A DNA stretch of 63,919 bases, the filler included, from Reticulomyxa filosa (Eukaryota > Protista > Foraminifera): NCBI GenBank assembly GCA_000512085.1. It is 21 parts of 21 records of this genome, joined end to end, with 100 filler letters (N's around TTAATTAATTAA, not from the genome) between each part and the next. Parts side by side here need not be neighbours in the genome. Positions count along the whole stretch, not along the records: positions 49,007 to 51,467 come from ASPP01001119.1; positions 51,568 to 53,607 come from ASPP01002776.1; positions 53,708 to 55,059 come from ASPP01014019.1; positions 55,160 to 59,189 come from ASPP01001387.1; positions 59,290 to 61,651 come from ASPP01039935.1; positions 61,752 to 62,819 come from ASPP01028666.1; 15 more parts are not named here. The stretch is one strand, 5' to 3'. The position numbers were made by a program, and so were the translations under genes. This document shows positions 50,996-62,919 of the stretch, one piece after another; position 1 is the stretch's first letter; each line of letters opens with the position of its first letter. The notes under the pieces are model-generated. The model was not told the origin of the DNA, did no database searches, and saw nothing but the letters and a program-made list of their open reading frames with translations.

Positions 50996-51467
50996 ATGTC
51001 TACTCAAGTCAACAACTTTCAACCTTTGCTTGAATTACCCAAGACATTTGCAACATCACAATGTATTTTGTTCAAGGAGGAACTTCTTATTTGTGGAGGC
51101 ATTAATACTAATGGCTGTTACTCGTACCATACTCTGAAAAAACAATACAAATACATCTGCTCTTATCCCAATAATGTCAAATTAAAGGGACATTGTGTCG
51201 TTCAATTGATTCATTCACAGGCCAATCTCAATGAAATCCATTTATTATCTTTTGGAGGACAAGACGAATATATAATGAAACAAACATTTTCAATGAAATA
51301 TAAAAGTGTTTGGGAAATTAACGATCATAATAATAATTAGAGTGATTCCAAATCTGAAAATCAATCTTTCAATACTTGGATCAAACATAATGAAGACACC
51401 AATATTGGAAAATTTGAAGATGATTTAAAAGGAGTGCGTGGATTGATTGGTGGAAAAAATAATGATT
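50996..51467 (+). pseudogene. Kelch-like family paralogue, 5' part, with an in-frame TAG at 51338
   Basis: Clear paralogue of the 30794 gene (QCILFKEELLICGG, CYSYH, GHCVV, LLSFGG). Homology resumes after the stop (GVRGLIGGKNND). Confidence 0.7.
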
Positions 51468-51634
51468 NNNNNNNNNNNNNNNNNNNNNNNNNNNNNNNNN
51501 NNNNNNNNNNNTTAATTAATTAANNNNNNNNNNNNNNNNNNNNNNNNNNNNNNNNNNNNNNNNNNNNAAAAAAAAAAGGGAATGAAGTCAATCACAAAAA
51601 AAAAAAAAAAAGGCCGTATTATATAAAATAATTG

Positions 51635-53576
51635 TTAAAATTCAAAGTTCAAAGGGACAGACATAGACCAAGGAAATTTATCCAATAATGATTTGTTAAA
51701 GACTTTTTCAATGGGCACTTCCATTCGTTTACACCAAGCAACGGTGATTCTGGGATCCATATAATTGATTTTGCTAGTGCCCAAAGCGATTTCTTTGTTT
51801 TCGGACTTCATTTCTTTGTCGAGTTCTTTTTTGCGCAGCTGTTTTTTCTTAGCGTCAATGGCTTTAAAGAGTTGATCAGGTTGTCGAATGCGTTTGTCTT
51901 TTTCGTCTTTGGACGGTTTTTTTTTGCCCTGAGCAATGTCAAGTTCGCGTTTAAGTTCGTCGATATGTTCTTTGAGTTCTTTGATCTGCGCATCGATTTT
52001 TTCAAGTTGTTGTTCGTGTGACTTGGGTACAGTGCGTTGATGGTTGCAAAGGATGGCGACCTGTTTGTTGCACTGTGTATAAAAGAAGAGTTTGTCGGCC
52101 AAGGGCGAGTCTCGCGTGATAGCGCCGACAGTGGCATGTTCATTTTTGAACAGCTCTTTTTCCAAGCAAACCGAGGCATTATGAGTGCGAAAGACTTTAG
52201 CGGTGAGTCCATCCATTTGTTCCTTCAAATAATTGTTGACAATGCTGGAGTCGATTTTTTCAAAGATATCGACATCGGCTTTTTTGTTTTTGGTAAACTC
52301 TTTCAAGTTGTGATAAATGATAGAGGGTATCTGAATGGTCTGACAATAGCGCATGGAGTCTTTGCCCAAGAAATCGAAAGTGATTTGGCACTCTTTTTCG
52401 GGATCAAATTGGATATGTTCGCATCGAAGAGAGCACACGCCGACGGTATCGGCTTCTTCGTCTGTGTCCTTTTCATTGCCAACACGAATGCTGAGATGAT
52501 CAATGATCCAAATGGCCGTGGCTAGTTGTTTCACTTCGCGTTGCGGCGACGACAATTTGGACTCGTAATCCTGTCGAATTCTGGTTACATGTTTCTTCAG
52601 CTGCCGAGCTTTTTCATATTTCTTCACATCGGCGACCCCTTTGAACCTCGACGACGAGTGCAGATAAACAAATTTATGCTGTCCATTAATGTTTTCCACC
52701 CACTTGGCGATATACGTCACGGACTGATCGTGCACCACCCCTCCCCATTTATGTCCAAAGATGGGACAAGGAGGGATCGCCATGCCTTTGCCAATGTTCA
52801 AGATCACATCTTCTGGTTGCAATCTCTTTTTGATCAATCCCATTTTCGGATGTTCTCCTCGTCCTCGGAACAGTCCTGGTGGTTCCACTTTATAATTCCC
52901 GACTTTTTCCAATACTCCGTCCACCACCGCCCATCCGTATTTGCTATCCATTTCCTGCTTCATTTCTTTCATCTTATTCTTATACTCGCTATCTTTCTTC
53001 ATCTCCTTCTCCTGCTCTTTGCGCTGCTCATACCATTCCAAAATCTTGTCAAAGTTACACTTGCTCAAATCTGTTATGTACTCGTGAGTCCGAGCTTCTC
53101 TCCTATCACACAAAATCTTTCGAAACTCTTTCAAAAAGTTGTTGCGAAAACGCGGCTTCTTCCCCCAGTCGCTTGCACTCATCACGCCGAACATCGTCGC
53201 CACTTCCTCCTGGTTCGGCGTCAGGTCCACATCCATCCCGTCGTATTGCATCTTCACATTATGCGGCTCGTACGGCGCTGCAAACACCACTCCGTTGTGG
53301 TCCATCGTGTTCCACTTGATCTCGTCATTCCACAGATCGTCCAGTCGGTCCCACCACTGCATCGCGCCCTTGTCCGGCTGCAATGCCTTTATCTCTTTCT
53401 TCACTTCGAACAACGACGCGTCCATCACGTCACGCGTTAGATATCCAGCCTTTACTTTCTTTTCGCTATTTTTACTACTGCTGTTGCTACTGCTCTACTG
53501 CTACTGCTGCTGCTGTTACTGCTACCGTTTGACTTTCCTTGCGATTTTGTCACACTTTTTTCTGAGACATTATTAT
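51635..53576 (-). CDS. TOP1: DNA topoisomerase I (type IB), last exon
   Basis: KWNTMDHNGV, EPPGLFRGRGEHPK, IRVGNEKD, DTVGVCSLR, FLGKDS, AKVFRT, LCNHQR and GTSKINYMDPR. The full catalytic pentad is present. Confidence 0.97.
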
Positions 53577-53707
53577 CTGACCTTTTTTTTTTATTTTAAT
53601 CTATTTTNNNNNNNNNNNNNNNNNNNNNNNNNNNNNNNNNNNNNNNNNNNNTTAATTAATTAANNNNNNNNNNNNNNNNNNNNNNNNNNNNNNNNNNNNN
53701 NNNNNNN

Positions 53708-53911
53708 AATACAATTCGTTTTTGGGATATTCGATCAAATAAGAAAGAACTGTATTCAATCGAAGGAAGTGATGAAGATAATGGAATAAGATGTTTAAAA
53801 TTTGTATCATTGAAAAAGAAAGTAAATGGTATTAAACAAAAATTAAAAAATGATTGTAGTATTCATTTATTTTATGGCTCATTTTATGGTTTAATTCGTG
53901 TTTGGGGATAA
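53708..53911 (+). CDS. WD40-repeat protein, 3' end
   Basis: NTIRFWDIRSNKKELYSIEG...IRCLKF...FYGSFYGLIRVWG*. Not in the ORF track because it has no start. Confidence 0.8.
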   Translation, partial: NTIRFWDIRSNKKELYSIEGSDEDNGIRCLKFVSLKKKVNGIKQKLKNDCSIHLFYGSFYGLIRVWG

Positions 53912-54693
53912 ATGTGTATGAAATTTTGTTTTGATTTTCATTTTTGAATTTATTCAATTTATACTTTGGACTGTTGTTTAATTTATTTTTAAAAACTATT
54001 CTTTTTCTTCTATATCAAATTGCCCGCTATTACGTCACGCAATTCCGGTATTATATTTGCGTCGATTTCCATGTCACTGAAAGTCTCCTTGGTTCTGCAC
54101 TATTCACATTCAAAGACTTTACAAAGTTTTTTTGTTGGCACTTTTCAAAGTGCTGTTGTTTTTTTTTTTGAAACATTGATGGATCAGTAATGCGCGGAAA
54201 CATCGACACAACAAAGACAAAAAGAATGAAAAGGAATAAAAAGAACAAAAAAAACAAAAAACAAGTAATGATGACGACAGATGTTGTTTAAGAAAAAAAA
54301 AGCAATAAAAGTGCAGCACAAATCGAAAGAATGCAAGGTCAACAGAGTCAGTTCAAAGCCAAGTGAAAATTGTGACGATAAAATGGTGATAGTGTTGCAT
54401 CAAGTGGCAATATGTCGAATGAAAAAAATTGTGATGTCCTTTGTAATATAAAAGAATTAAAGAAACAAGTATTTACACATGAGCATACATTTTTTGTATC
54501 AAAGTTTTTGTTAAAAAAAACTTGTGATCAAGTTTTTAAAAATAAATTCTTGTTTTATCGAAAAGGTAATTACATGTATTGTAAAAATCATATTTCACGT
54601 TGCCAAAAATATTTTTGAAAATCCCTTTCATTACCCTTTAAAAAAAATATCTTCCATTTTACATCATCAAAAACAATCTAACAAAAAAACAAA

Positions 54694-55059
54694 ATGACAA
54701 CTCTTAGCAATGAGAAGCAAACTTCAACACAAATAGTGGTAAGCTTTATTACAAGCTTTCAGAAAGTTTGTTTTTTTATGTAATTTGTGATTCAACAGTC
54801 CGAAGAAGAAAAGATTCGAGTAATCGTACAGCATTGGATTCGAGTGTTGAAAATTAAATTAGGATGGATTAATGAATTTGACAAACTTATTGTCAATTAT
54901 GTTAGCTAATCTATTCTCTCTTTTTTTAAATACTAGCCAAAATATTCAAATGCTTATTATATAGATGTATACTGTCTTCATGTTTGAAACATTTCGTTCA
55001 TCATCCAAATTAATCAATACATTCACTGGACATACAAACACTGTGTGGAGTATTGATTA
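54694..55059 (+). CDS. WD40-repeat protein, 5' end (introns 54739-54798 and 54901-54964), tandem with the previous gene
   Basis: MTTLSNEKQTSTQIV|SEEEKIRVIVQHWIRVLKIKLGWINEFDKLIVNY|MYTVFMFETFRSSSKLINTFTGHTNTVWSID, with canonical splice sites. Confidence 0.8.
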
Positions 55060-55159
55060 NNNNNNNNNNNNNNNNNNNNNNNNNNNNNNNNNNNNNNNNN
55101 NNNTTAATTAATTAANNNNNNNNNNNNNNNNNNNNNNNNNNNNNNNNNNNNNNNNNNNN

Positions 55160-55717
55160 GCTGCTGCTTCGCTTAATCAGAGGGGTGATCACAAAATCTC
55201 CAACGGGGGTCAGACTTGTCCTTTCCACTGTTGTCGTCGTCGTCGTCGTCCTTATACCTTCTCCTGGCGTCGAAAAGCTCGATGGCTTGCCTTCTCCTTC
55301 CTGTGACACTTTCACCACTTTGGAAGACACTAACGAGCTCTTCAGTTGCGATACACTTTCTACAAACCTTGCCGATGTGGTATCGTCCAAATTTAATTCA
55401 TTTGCAAAGTCACTTTTTTTTTTTTATGTTTTTTTTTTTTTAATGTTTTTTTTTTTTTTTTTTGCAACTGCATTTGATCACATCATGTACGACTTTTTGA
55501 CTCTTGTATAAATATTTATGTCAATGCATTGCAAAAAAAAAAAAAAAAAAAAAATACACAAATACACGCACCGCAAATCTTCGGGAGCAAATTCAGTCAG
55601 CTCTTCCACATTTAGTTGGCGCTGCTCAAACGCCGACTTTAGTGATTCCAAGTCGTTTTTTTTTAACCATGCTAAAGTAGCTGAAAAGTCCACTTCGCCT
55701 CCGACGGATGACTTCAT
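55160..55717 (-). CDS. SAM-domain-like protein, 5' part
   Basis: LAWLKKNDLESLKSAFEQRQLNVEELTEFAPEDLR|DFANELNLD fits a SAM pattern. One intron. Confidence 0.55.
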
Positions 55718-56886
55718 CGGACAGTTTGTTATTGATTATGCACAACGAAGAATGCAATAGTCTGCGGAAAAAATGTATACGCTCTTTTATCCGAAAAGTC
55801 GATAATTTGGACGCGACGAATATGTGCCACGTCCTCAGTTCAAACTTTTCTTTAATCAAATAGGAGTATATTATCAATGTGTTAACAGCTCATGTTGTAT
55901 TTGAATAATCAAAAATTATGTGAAATTAGTTACACTCTTTCTCTTCATTTAAAATTCTTGAACAGAACAGCTTCATAAAAAGGGCTAGTTCTTTTTTTTT
56001 TTTTTTTATCTGTCATGCTCGTCGTTTCTTACTAACCTGAAACGGAACACCAATTTGGCTGATCGTTTGAATATAGTGTTGAAACACTGTTGTAAGTGTG
56101 CAGCAAGAAACAAATTATCTCTTAATTTGTTTTTTTAGTTTTAACTTTAACAGAAATAATTTGATATTTCTAATTATTTCCAACACTTCAAGTTAACAAT
56201 GTTTCTATGATAAGAAATTTTTGAATAAAAGATATAAACTGTGTAATGTGTGAAATAACAGGAAAAGTTATATCATAGTAAATAGAATTTGATTCAACAT
56301 CAATTTGGAAATTATAAACAAATGTGTTAGCAAAATTAGACAAAGTATTTTTTTGTTTAAAATGATATATATCTATTTAAAAAATTTTTTACGCAAAATA
56401 TTGTTCAGTTTGTTTGTGGCATTAATCTTAATTGAATAACTTTGAAATCAAATTACATTAATTTTGTGCTATCATAGTATAGTTTTTTTTGTTACTCACA
56501 AAACTATGCTCCCGCATTTTGAGAAAAAAGGTTTTACGTATTTTTTTTTCGATTTTTGGTATCATAAAAATACTGGCATAAAGATTTGCATGGTCTTGCA
56601 AACAATATCTTCAAAGCCGACACAAAAGAAAATACTTCTGCCTGCAAAAGAATTAGTTTTATTTTTATGACACTCAACTACTTTATCATACTATCTGCCC
56701 CCTTGTGAAAATTATTCAGTACTTTTCGTACAAAAAACTGGCCAGAAAAAAACAATGAAACTTAGTAGACAAGAGTAATATCCAAAAGGATCAAAAAACA
56801 ATTGCATAAAGAAAAAAATACAATAAAAATGCCAGTTTACACATTAAGCAACAGTAGTGTATACACTTATGTTAATAAACAAGCAA

Positions 56887-58539
56887 TCACAAAACGATGT
56901 CATATCTGCACGCGAAGCAAAATTGACAGGAATAGTTGGAGAAAAGGGATCCAAAGGAACGAGGATGAGAAAAATAGTTGAGTGCATTCTGGATAATTTC
57001 GGTGGGAGCCAAAGCCTTATGAATGGCAGGAGTCTCAGAACGGTCCTTACATCGAACAATACAATATTCCGCATTGATGATCGTGAATATACCAGTTTTG
57101 AAATGTTGTTGAATATCATCAAATGTGGAAATGCCAACTTCTGCTTTTTCGTCGTTTTTGTTTAACAACGAACCCTTAATTGCTTCAATTGTACTTTTTC
57201 GGGAACGAAGGACACTAAATACGAATTTCAATCAAAAGGTATTGTGCAATACATGTGCATAAATAATATTATTGACACATATATACATAGATGTATACAT
57301 ATATATACGTATGATTACATAACGTCAAAGAATCAAGTTTGAGCATGTAATAAGAAAACAAATTACAGTCAACAACAAGGATATCCCCAATATTCCCCGG
57401 AAATTCAGCCAACTGAGAAACCGAGTAAGCCCTAGTCCAACCATTGAATCTATTGAACGTGCGTCCCTTAGTAATATTGGAGAGAGTTTCTGGAGCATCG
57501 AAAACTCCCTCGACAATTTTTCTCGTCCCTCCCAACGTGTCTGTAACGACATTCAGTGGAGTCTTTAAGAGTGATTTTGTCCCCTTCAGCAAGCCTTTTC
57601 CAGCTGACTCCAAACTTGGGTCCGCTTTAACATATTGATATGATTGCACAAACAAATCACTTGCTCCTTTTATCGGATTGACCACCAGTCCAGACACAAT
57701 CTGCAATGTTCCTCCAGTTATCCCACTTGATTGGTCCATTATACTTGCGTCCATGTCGTATGTTATTGCGGTCTCCTTTCGTCAATTTTGTTTGTTTACA
57801 CATATATACATAAACACATAGCATTTTTTTTATTTTTATTTTATAAATCCATCCATACCGTCGCATTGGGGTCATGGCGTACAAAAATGTCACCTTCGCG
57901 GCCACTTGTCCAAGTTTCGTCCTTTATCTTACACACTGATTCATGACATAATCCTTTGGGCTTGAGATTCAATTTCATTGTCGGCATTGTCCTTTCTAAA
58001 TCGGTTTTGCATTCTTCTTTTTTAATAGTTTTTTTTTTTTTTTTTTTTACCAAAAAAGTAGTTCCCCCTTTTCTCTCCTTTTTTTTATTAGTTTTTTAAA
58101 AAAATTGGAGCCAGGTACTCCATATTTTCATTGACACTGCTATTGTTTTACCTGCATGTTCCGGTTCACTCATTTCAAGTGCATCCAACATTTGAATTGC
58201 GCTCAATATCTCTGGTTCAACCTCTTCCGCTTCGTCATAAAATGCATTTTCTTTGTTGTTTTCGTCTTCAGTTTCAAAGCATTTCTCTTGTTTTCTTTCT
58301 TCTTTTTTTTCGTTCTCGCTTCGTATATTGTTGAAAAACTCTGTCCCAATGGGGAATTCTTCCTCATTAGCAAACTCTTCATTGGGGAATTCTTTCTCGT
58401 TAGGAAACGTCTCGTCACTAGGAAATTCTTCCTCGTTAAGCAATTTTTCCTCATTGAGCAATTCTTCCTCATTTGGAAATTCCTCCTCATTTGGAAATTC
58501 TTCCATGTTCCAAGATTCTGTATATGGAGCCTCAGACAT
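56887..58539 (-). CDS. Multi-exon protein: N-terminal NEEEFP repeats, a Gly-rich amphipathic segment and a C-terminal LRAT/NlpC-P60-like domain
   Basis: Exon ORFs 58096-58539, ~57845-58030, ~57320-57780 and 56887-~57215. FPGNIGDILVV... and LAPTEIIQNAL...LFSNYSCQFCFACRY resemble the LRAT pattern. Confidence 0.5.
58360..58510 (-). repeat. Coding 18-bp tandem repeat (NEEEFP-like x~8)
   Basis: EEFPNEEEFPNEEELLNEEKLLNEEEFPSDETFPNEKEFPNEEFANEEEFP. Confidence 0.85.
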
Positions 58540-59291
58540 TCGTAAAAAAAATAATTAAAAAAAAATTTGGACTGAAGCGACAAGTTCCTTTTTAAACTTT
58601 TTGCACAAGCCATCTAGTTCTAATCTTGTTGAAACATAAGAATAAGTTTAAATTATGCTACCTTGAATCCTTTTCTCCCTTTCAACTTTTTTTTGTGTTT
58701 CATTTATTAAATCAGCTGTCAGTATGCAAGCTGGGCATGACCAACTCGCAAATATTGTTAAAATATCAAATATTGTTTGTAAACCCACCCAAACAATATT
58801 AATAATTCTTTGATAAAATGTTCAGTGATTTTCAAAAAATCTTAAAACGAGTAATTTGTCACACTTTTTAATTTACCTTGTACCATCTCTGAGCAATCTT
58901 TGTGTTTTGTTGTTCACAAAAAAAAAAAGAAAAGGTAGGAGAAGACGCACAATAAGAAACAACGACAAAAAAAAAAAAAGAACAAATACAAGAAGAGAAT
59001 CAGAGATGGTCCCAACCTCACCAAACAATTTCAGGCTATTGTCCGGTATTTTTTTAAAAAGATTTAGGTATGACAATACACAAGACAACATAAAAAGGAA
59101 GAAGGGAAAAAAAGAATTGGAAGGACCAAAACAAAACCCTACCAACAAACAAAGACAAACAAACAAACAAACAAACAAACAAACAAACANNNNNNNNNNN
59201 NNNNNNNNNNNNNNNNNNNNNNNNNNNNNNNNNTTAATTAATTAANNNNNNNNNNNNNNNNNNNNNNNNNNNNNNNNNNNNNNNNNNNNGC

Positions 59292-59732
59292 CATTTTAAG
59301 CAATTATATCGATGGGGCAAAGATGTAACAAATAATCCAATGTGGAAAGCTCGATCTAAAGATAGTGTAATTGAATTTTGGCAAGGTAAATCGGGAAAGA
59401 TTCGTATGATTTGTAGAGAAAATTTAACAGAAAAATTACGATTGAATCAATTTGTTCCGATAGACATTAAATTGATTGAGAAAGGCGAAATTTCTTGTCA
59501 ATGGGGTCCATCAATAGATGAAACAATTGCTCAAGAAGAATTTAATCAAGGTTTATCACAATGGGCAATCAAATTTGAGACTCTTGAAACGTGTAAAAAA
59601 TTTCAAGAGATGTTACGATGTGAATCTGAAAATAACAAAGTCATCAAAGACAATAATTGTGATTTATTAATTAAATCAAGATCAATTAATTTATTTTTCA
59701 TTAAATCTTCATGTTCGAAACATTCTAAATGA
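59292..59732 (+). CDS. Ran-binding domain (RanBP1-like) fragment
   Basis: HFKQLYRWGKD...MWKARSKD...KSGKIRMICRENLTEKLRLNQFV matches the RanBD pattern (KLYRF..WKERG..RLLMR..T.K..N). Confidence 0.65.
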   Translation, partial: HFKQLYRWGKDVTNNPMWKARSKDSVIEFWQGKSGKIRMICRENLTEKLRLNQFVPIDIKLIEKGEISCQWGPSIDETIAQEEFNQGLSQWAIKFETLETCKKFQEMLRCESENNKVIKDNNCDLLIKSRSINLFFIKSSCSKHSK

Positions 59733-60464
59733 CAATAATATAGAAGATAATGTCATATTATATATTAAATTAATTGCATTGAAAAAGAAAAAGGATATAA
59801 AGAATGTTATTGTTCATTTGAAGGTCTAATTGATTTTTTTATTAGAAAAGAAATTAAAGTTTATTTGTTTGAAAAATTTGTTTTAGTATGTAGATGCAAC
59901 AGAAAAAGTGATGAACACATGAAAAGCCTATTTTAAATTAAATTTAAATATTTAGATTTTAATTTTATTTTTTAAAAAAGATCTTAAATTCGGTAATAAA
60001 TCCAAATTTAATATTCAATATTCTGACCTTTTTTTCTTCATCTTTACTTGACATTAATAATTGACCAATATTAACTAAAGGGGTTTTCAAAAATATCTTT
60101 ATCGACATAAAACAGGATTTTGACTTTAGGAGAAGCTCCTATAAAGTAAAAGGTGATGATGAACCACATGTGGGTTAAACTTTCCCAAATTTTCACAACA
60201 ACCTTTCTTGTGTTTTCACTTTACTCTTTCGTTATTGTTTTTGCCATTTCTTCTTTATTTATTTAAATTACTTTGAGTTATTGAAAATATGCTCGAAAGA
60301 GTTTATCACCTTTCGTATTACATTTAGCGCAGTTTCCTCCAGCAGCAAAAGCTCTTAAATGATATATACGAAATTCTTTTTTAAAAATTACACTTAATGT
60401 CATGTTTTTTCAAAAGATTTTCAACACAAACTTTGAAAATAGTGTTTTGTAATTTTTAAAAAAT

Positions 60465-60645
60465 CTTTGAAAACAAAAAAGGAACTTCGATTGTGCAAAT
60501 ATTTGGGCAAAGTCAAAGATACTTTCAAGATTCAGTCATACATCGTTGGCAAATGTTGATGGTAAAACTTAGTCAATTCGGTCATCATTTTATACATCAA
60601 TGTACCAAAACTCCACCAATCTAATGCTTTGGTACAACCTTTTAC
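60465..60645 (-). pseudogene. AGC protein kinase remnant (subdomains IX-X)
   Basis: KGCTKALDWWSFGTLMYKMMTELTKFYHQHLPTMYD*ILKVSLTLPKYL, with an internal TGA. Confidence 0.7.
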
Positions 60646-60844
60646 ATATTGTCATTACATTAATATACATATATGTATATTAATATGTGTATGCGTGTAA
60701 TATCTTTTCAATACATTGGAAAGTGTTGATATAACCACTTCAATGTATATAAAATGGCTTCTTGATGACAATCGTCGTGTTTGTGTCCGTTTTTCTTCAG
60801 AGTAAGGTATATCAAAGATCTATTACATGTATACACATATATAC

Positions 60845-60875
<31 letters not shown>

Positions 60876-61750
60876 ATTTGCTATTTGATAGATTGGAAAC
60901 GATTGTTGCAAACTATAATGTCTGCACGAGAATCTGTCAGTGAATCTGAAGATGTTGAGTAAAGCTATGAAGAGGATAGCCAAGAAGAAGCATACGAAGA
61001 CGAAGAAGAGTCTCAACATGCTGATTGAGGTTTTGGAAATAAATGAGGAAATGATTCTTGTGCATTTACTAATGTATTTAAATGTATTTTTTTGTCAATA
61101 TTCTTTTTTAAAATCATGTGACTATCTTGTTTGCATACTGACAAGAATGAACAAAGTGTTTGTTGATAGTATGAAAATTATTTTAAATATCGTTAAAATG
61201 TCCCATCAATTTCTTTTTTTATCAATGAAAAAAATTATTACTATTATTGAAACTTAATTTAGTGACTAATAGTCAATACATATTCAACTATTTGAAAACA
61301 CTATTATTGTCTTGGTCCCTTACCCTTTATAAAATTTCATGCATCACACTTTTTTTTTTTTAATGTCAAAATTCTTGTGCGGTTGATGGGCAATCAGAAT
61401 ACATGACTGAAACAATTAGAAATACTCAAAGGATACTTTTTGGACGGACCAGAAGATGAATTGTCGGTAGGTGACTCGTTTTTGAGATACGAAGGGTAAA
61501 CAGAAGTAAGAAGAATTTATCAAGTATTATATTAAAAAATTTCAAGAAGTTGAAGTAATATTTTACACTTTTGTTACTTATTTTTTTTTTTCTCTTTGTG
61601 ATTTTTTGATAGTAGTGTCATCGGCATCAATTGGTTTTAGCCCATGTTCTGNNNNNNNNNNNNNNNNNNNNNNNNNNNNNNNNNNNNNNNNNNNNTTAAT
61701 TAATTAANNNNNNNNNNNNNNNNNNNNNNNNNNNNNNNNNNNNNNNNNNN

Positions 61751-62720
61751 NATCACCTTCTTCACACTTGTCGTAGTATTTATTGGCATTGAGTTGTTGT
61801 TTCAATGACCCAATTTCATTTTGAAGATCGTCATTTTCTTTGGCCCAGTTCTTTCTATCTTGTGTATACTTTTCACTTTCGGTTTGGGCGTTGCCTTTCT
61901 CCATTTCAGTCTCCAACTTGGTGGCTTTTAACTCCTTTTCCAAAAAAGATATTTTATTTCTCATCTTGTCTTCCAGCGAGTGAGACACATCTTTCATTTT
62001 CGTCCGCTTCTGCTCGCGGTTGTCCAAGGCCGTTCGAATCAACGATACATAGTCATCATTGTCTGATTGTCTGTGTTCTCCAATATGTGACACACGTCCA
62101 ACAGTTGCGGTATATTCAGTCGCTCCTCAGCGTAGCCCAATACATGCTTTAACAAGTTGTCCGATTTCATGTTCTCAATGTCGTCCTGCGACAGTCTATA
62201 ATCCTCTCGCAACGCCGCATTCATCAAGTACATTAACGTCAGACCGCTTTTAAAATCTGTAGTAAAATTCGATATCTTCACCTTTTCGGGCAAATGCTTA
62301 TTGCACCAATGCAACAATCGTTCTTCTGGTGAATTCACTATATTTACATTTTTTTTTTATGTGTACATATGGACTATTATATGTGTATATGTATACATAC
62401 GTATAATATTGTATTTCAGGTTGTGATATATACAAAAAAAATGTTGAGTTTTTATGATATGACGATGTGCATGCACACAAAAAAAATTTATTATTATTAT
62501 TATTTTTTTTTTTTGGACTGTCTAATCACAAAATTTTTTTAATAAAAGGTTTATACATAGTTTTATGTCACTATGCATATATGATCATAAAATATAAATC
62601 ATACAATAGTTATTCATTGAACCATCCAATATCTCATTTGACTCCTGCTTGTTGATTGAATAGTTCACGATTATATTCCATGTCAATTCCAACATAATTT
62701 TAAATAGGTCCCAGTGATTC
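61751..62720 (-). CDS. Tandem calponin-homology actin-binding protein + coiled coil (cortexillin/alpha-actinin-like), fragment with a 1-nt frameshift at ~62050
   Basis: CH1 end KIMLELTWNIIVNYSI. CH2 EERLLHWCN...SNFTTDFKSG...LNIPQLLD. One extra T restores MMTYVSLI and the coiled-coil ORF. Confidence 0.7.
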
Positions 62721-62919
62721 TTTTTTTTTTAATATAGTTGAAAAAAAAAAAGATACAATTCAATTTATTGATGACTCCCTTTATCTCTATATCTATATAT
62801 TCTCATAACTCTTCCTTTCNNNNNNNNNNNNNNNNNNNNNNNNNNNNNNNNNNNNNNNNNNNNTTAATTAATTAANNNNNNNNNNNNNNNNNNNNNNNNN
62901 NNNNNNNNNNNNNNNNNNN

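Noticed and set aside
51338-51340. Genome-wide stop-codon reassignment suggested by in-frame TAGs (51338, 32517, contig 1)
   Set aside because: Internal stops include TAA, TAG and TGA alongside frameshifts. Long conserved ORFs (TOP1, NACHTs) have none, and TAG ends the nocturnin-like gene. Pseudogenisation explains them.
52037-53663. Long antisense ORFs (up to 304 aa) over TOP1
   Set aside because: Shadow frames of a GC-richer conserved gene, with no recognisable motifs.
1603-62919. Regularly recurring TTAATTAATTAA as a repeat, CRISPR array or element terminus
   Set aside because: Always centred in N-runs of near-fixed length and encodes stops in six frames, so it is an assembly linker. Synteny across linkers was ignored.
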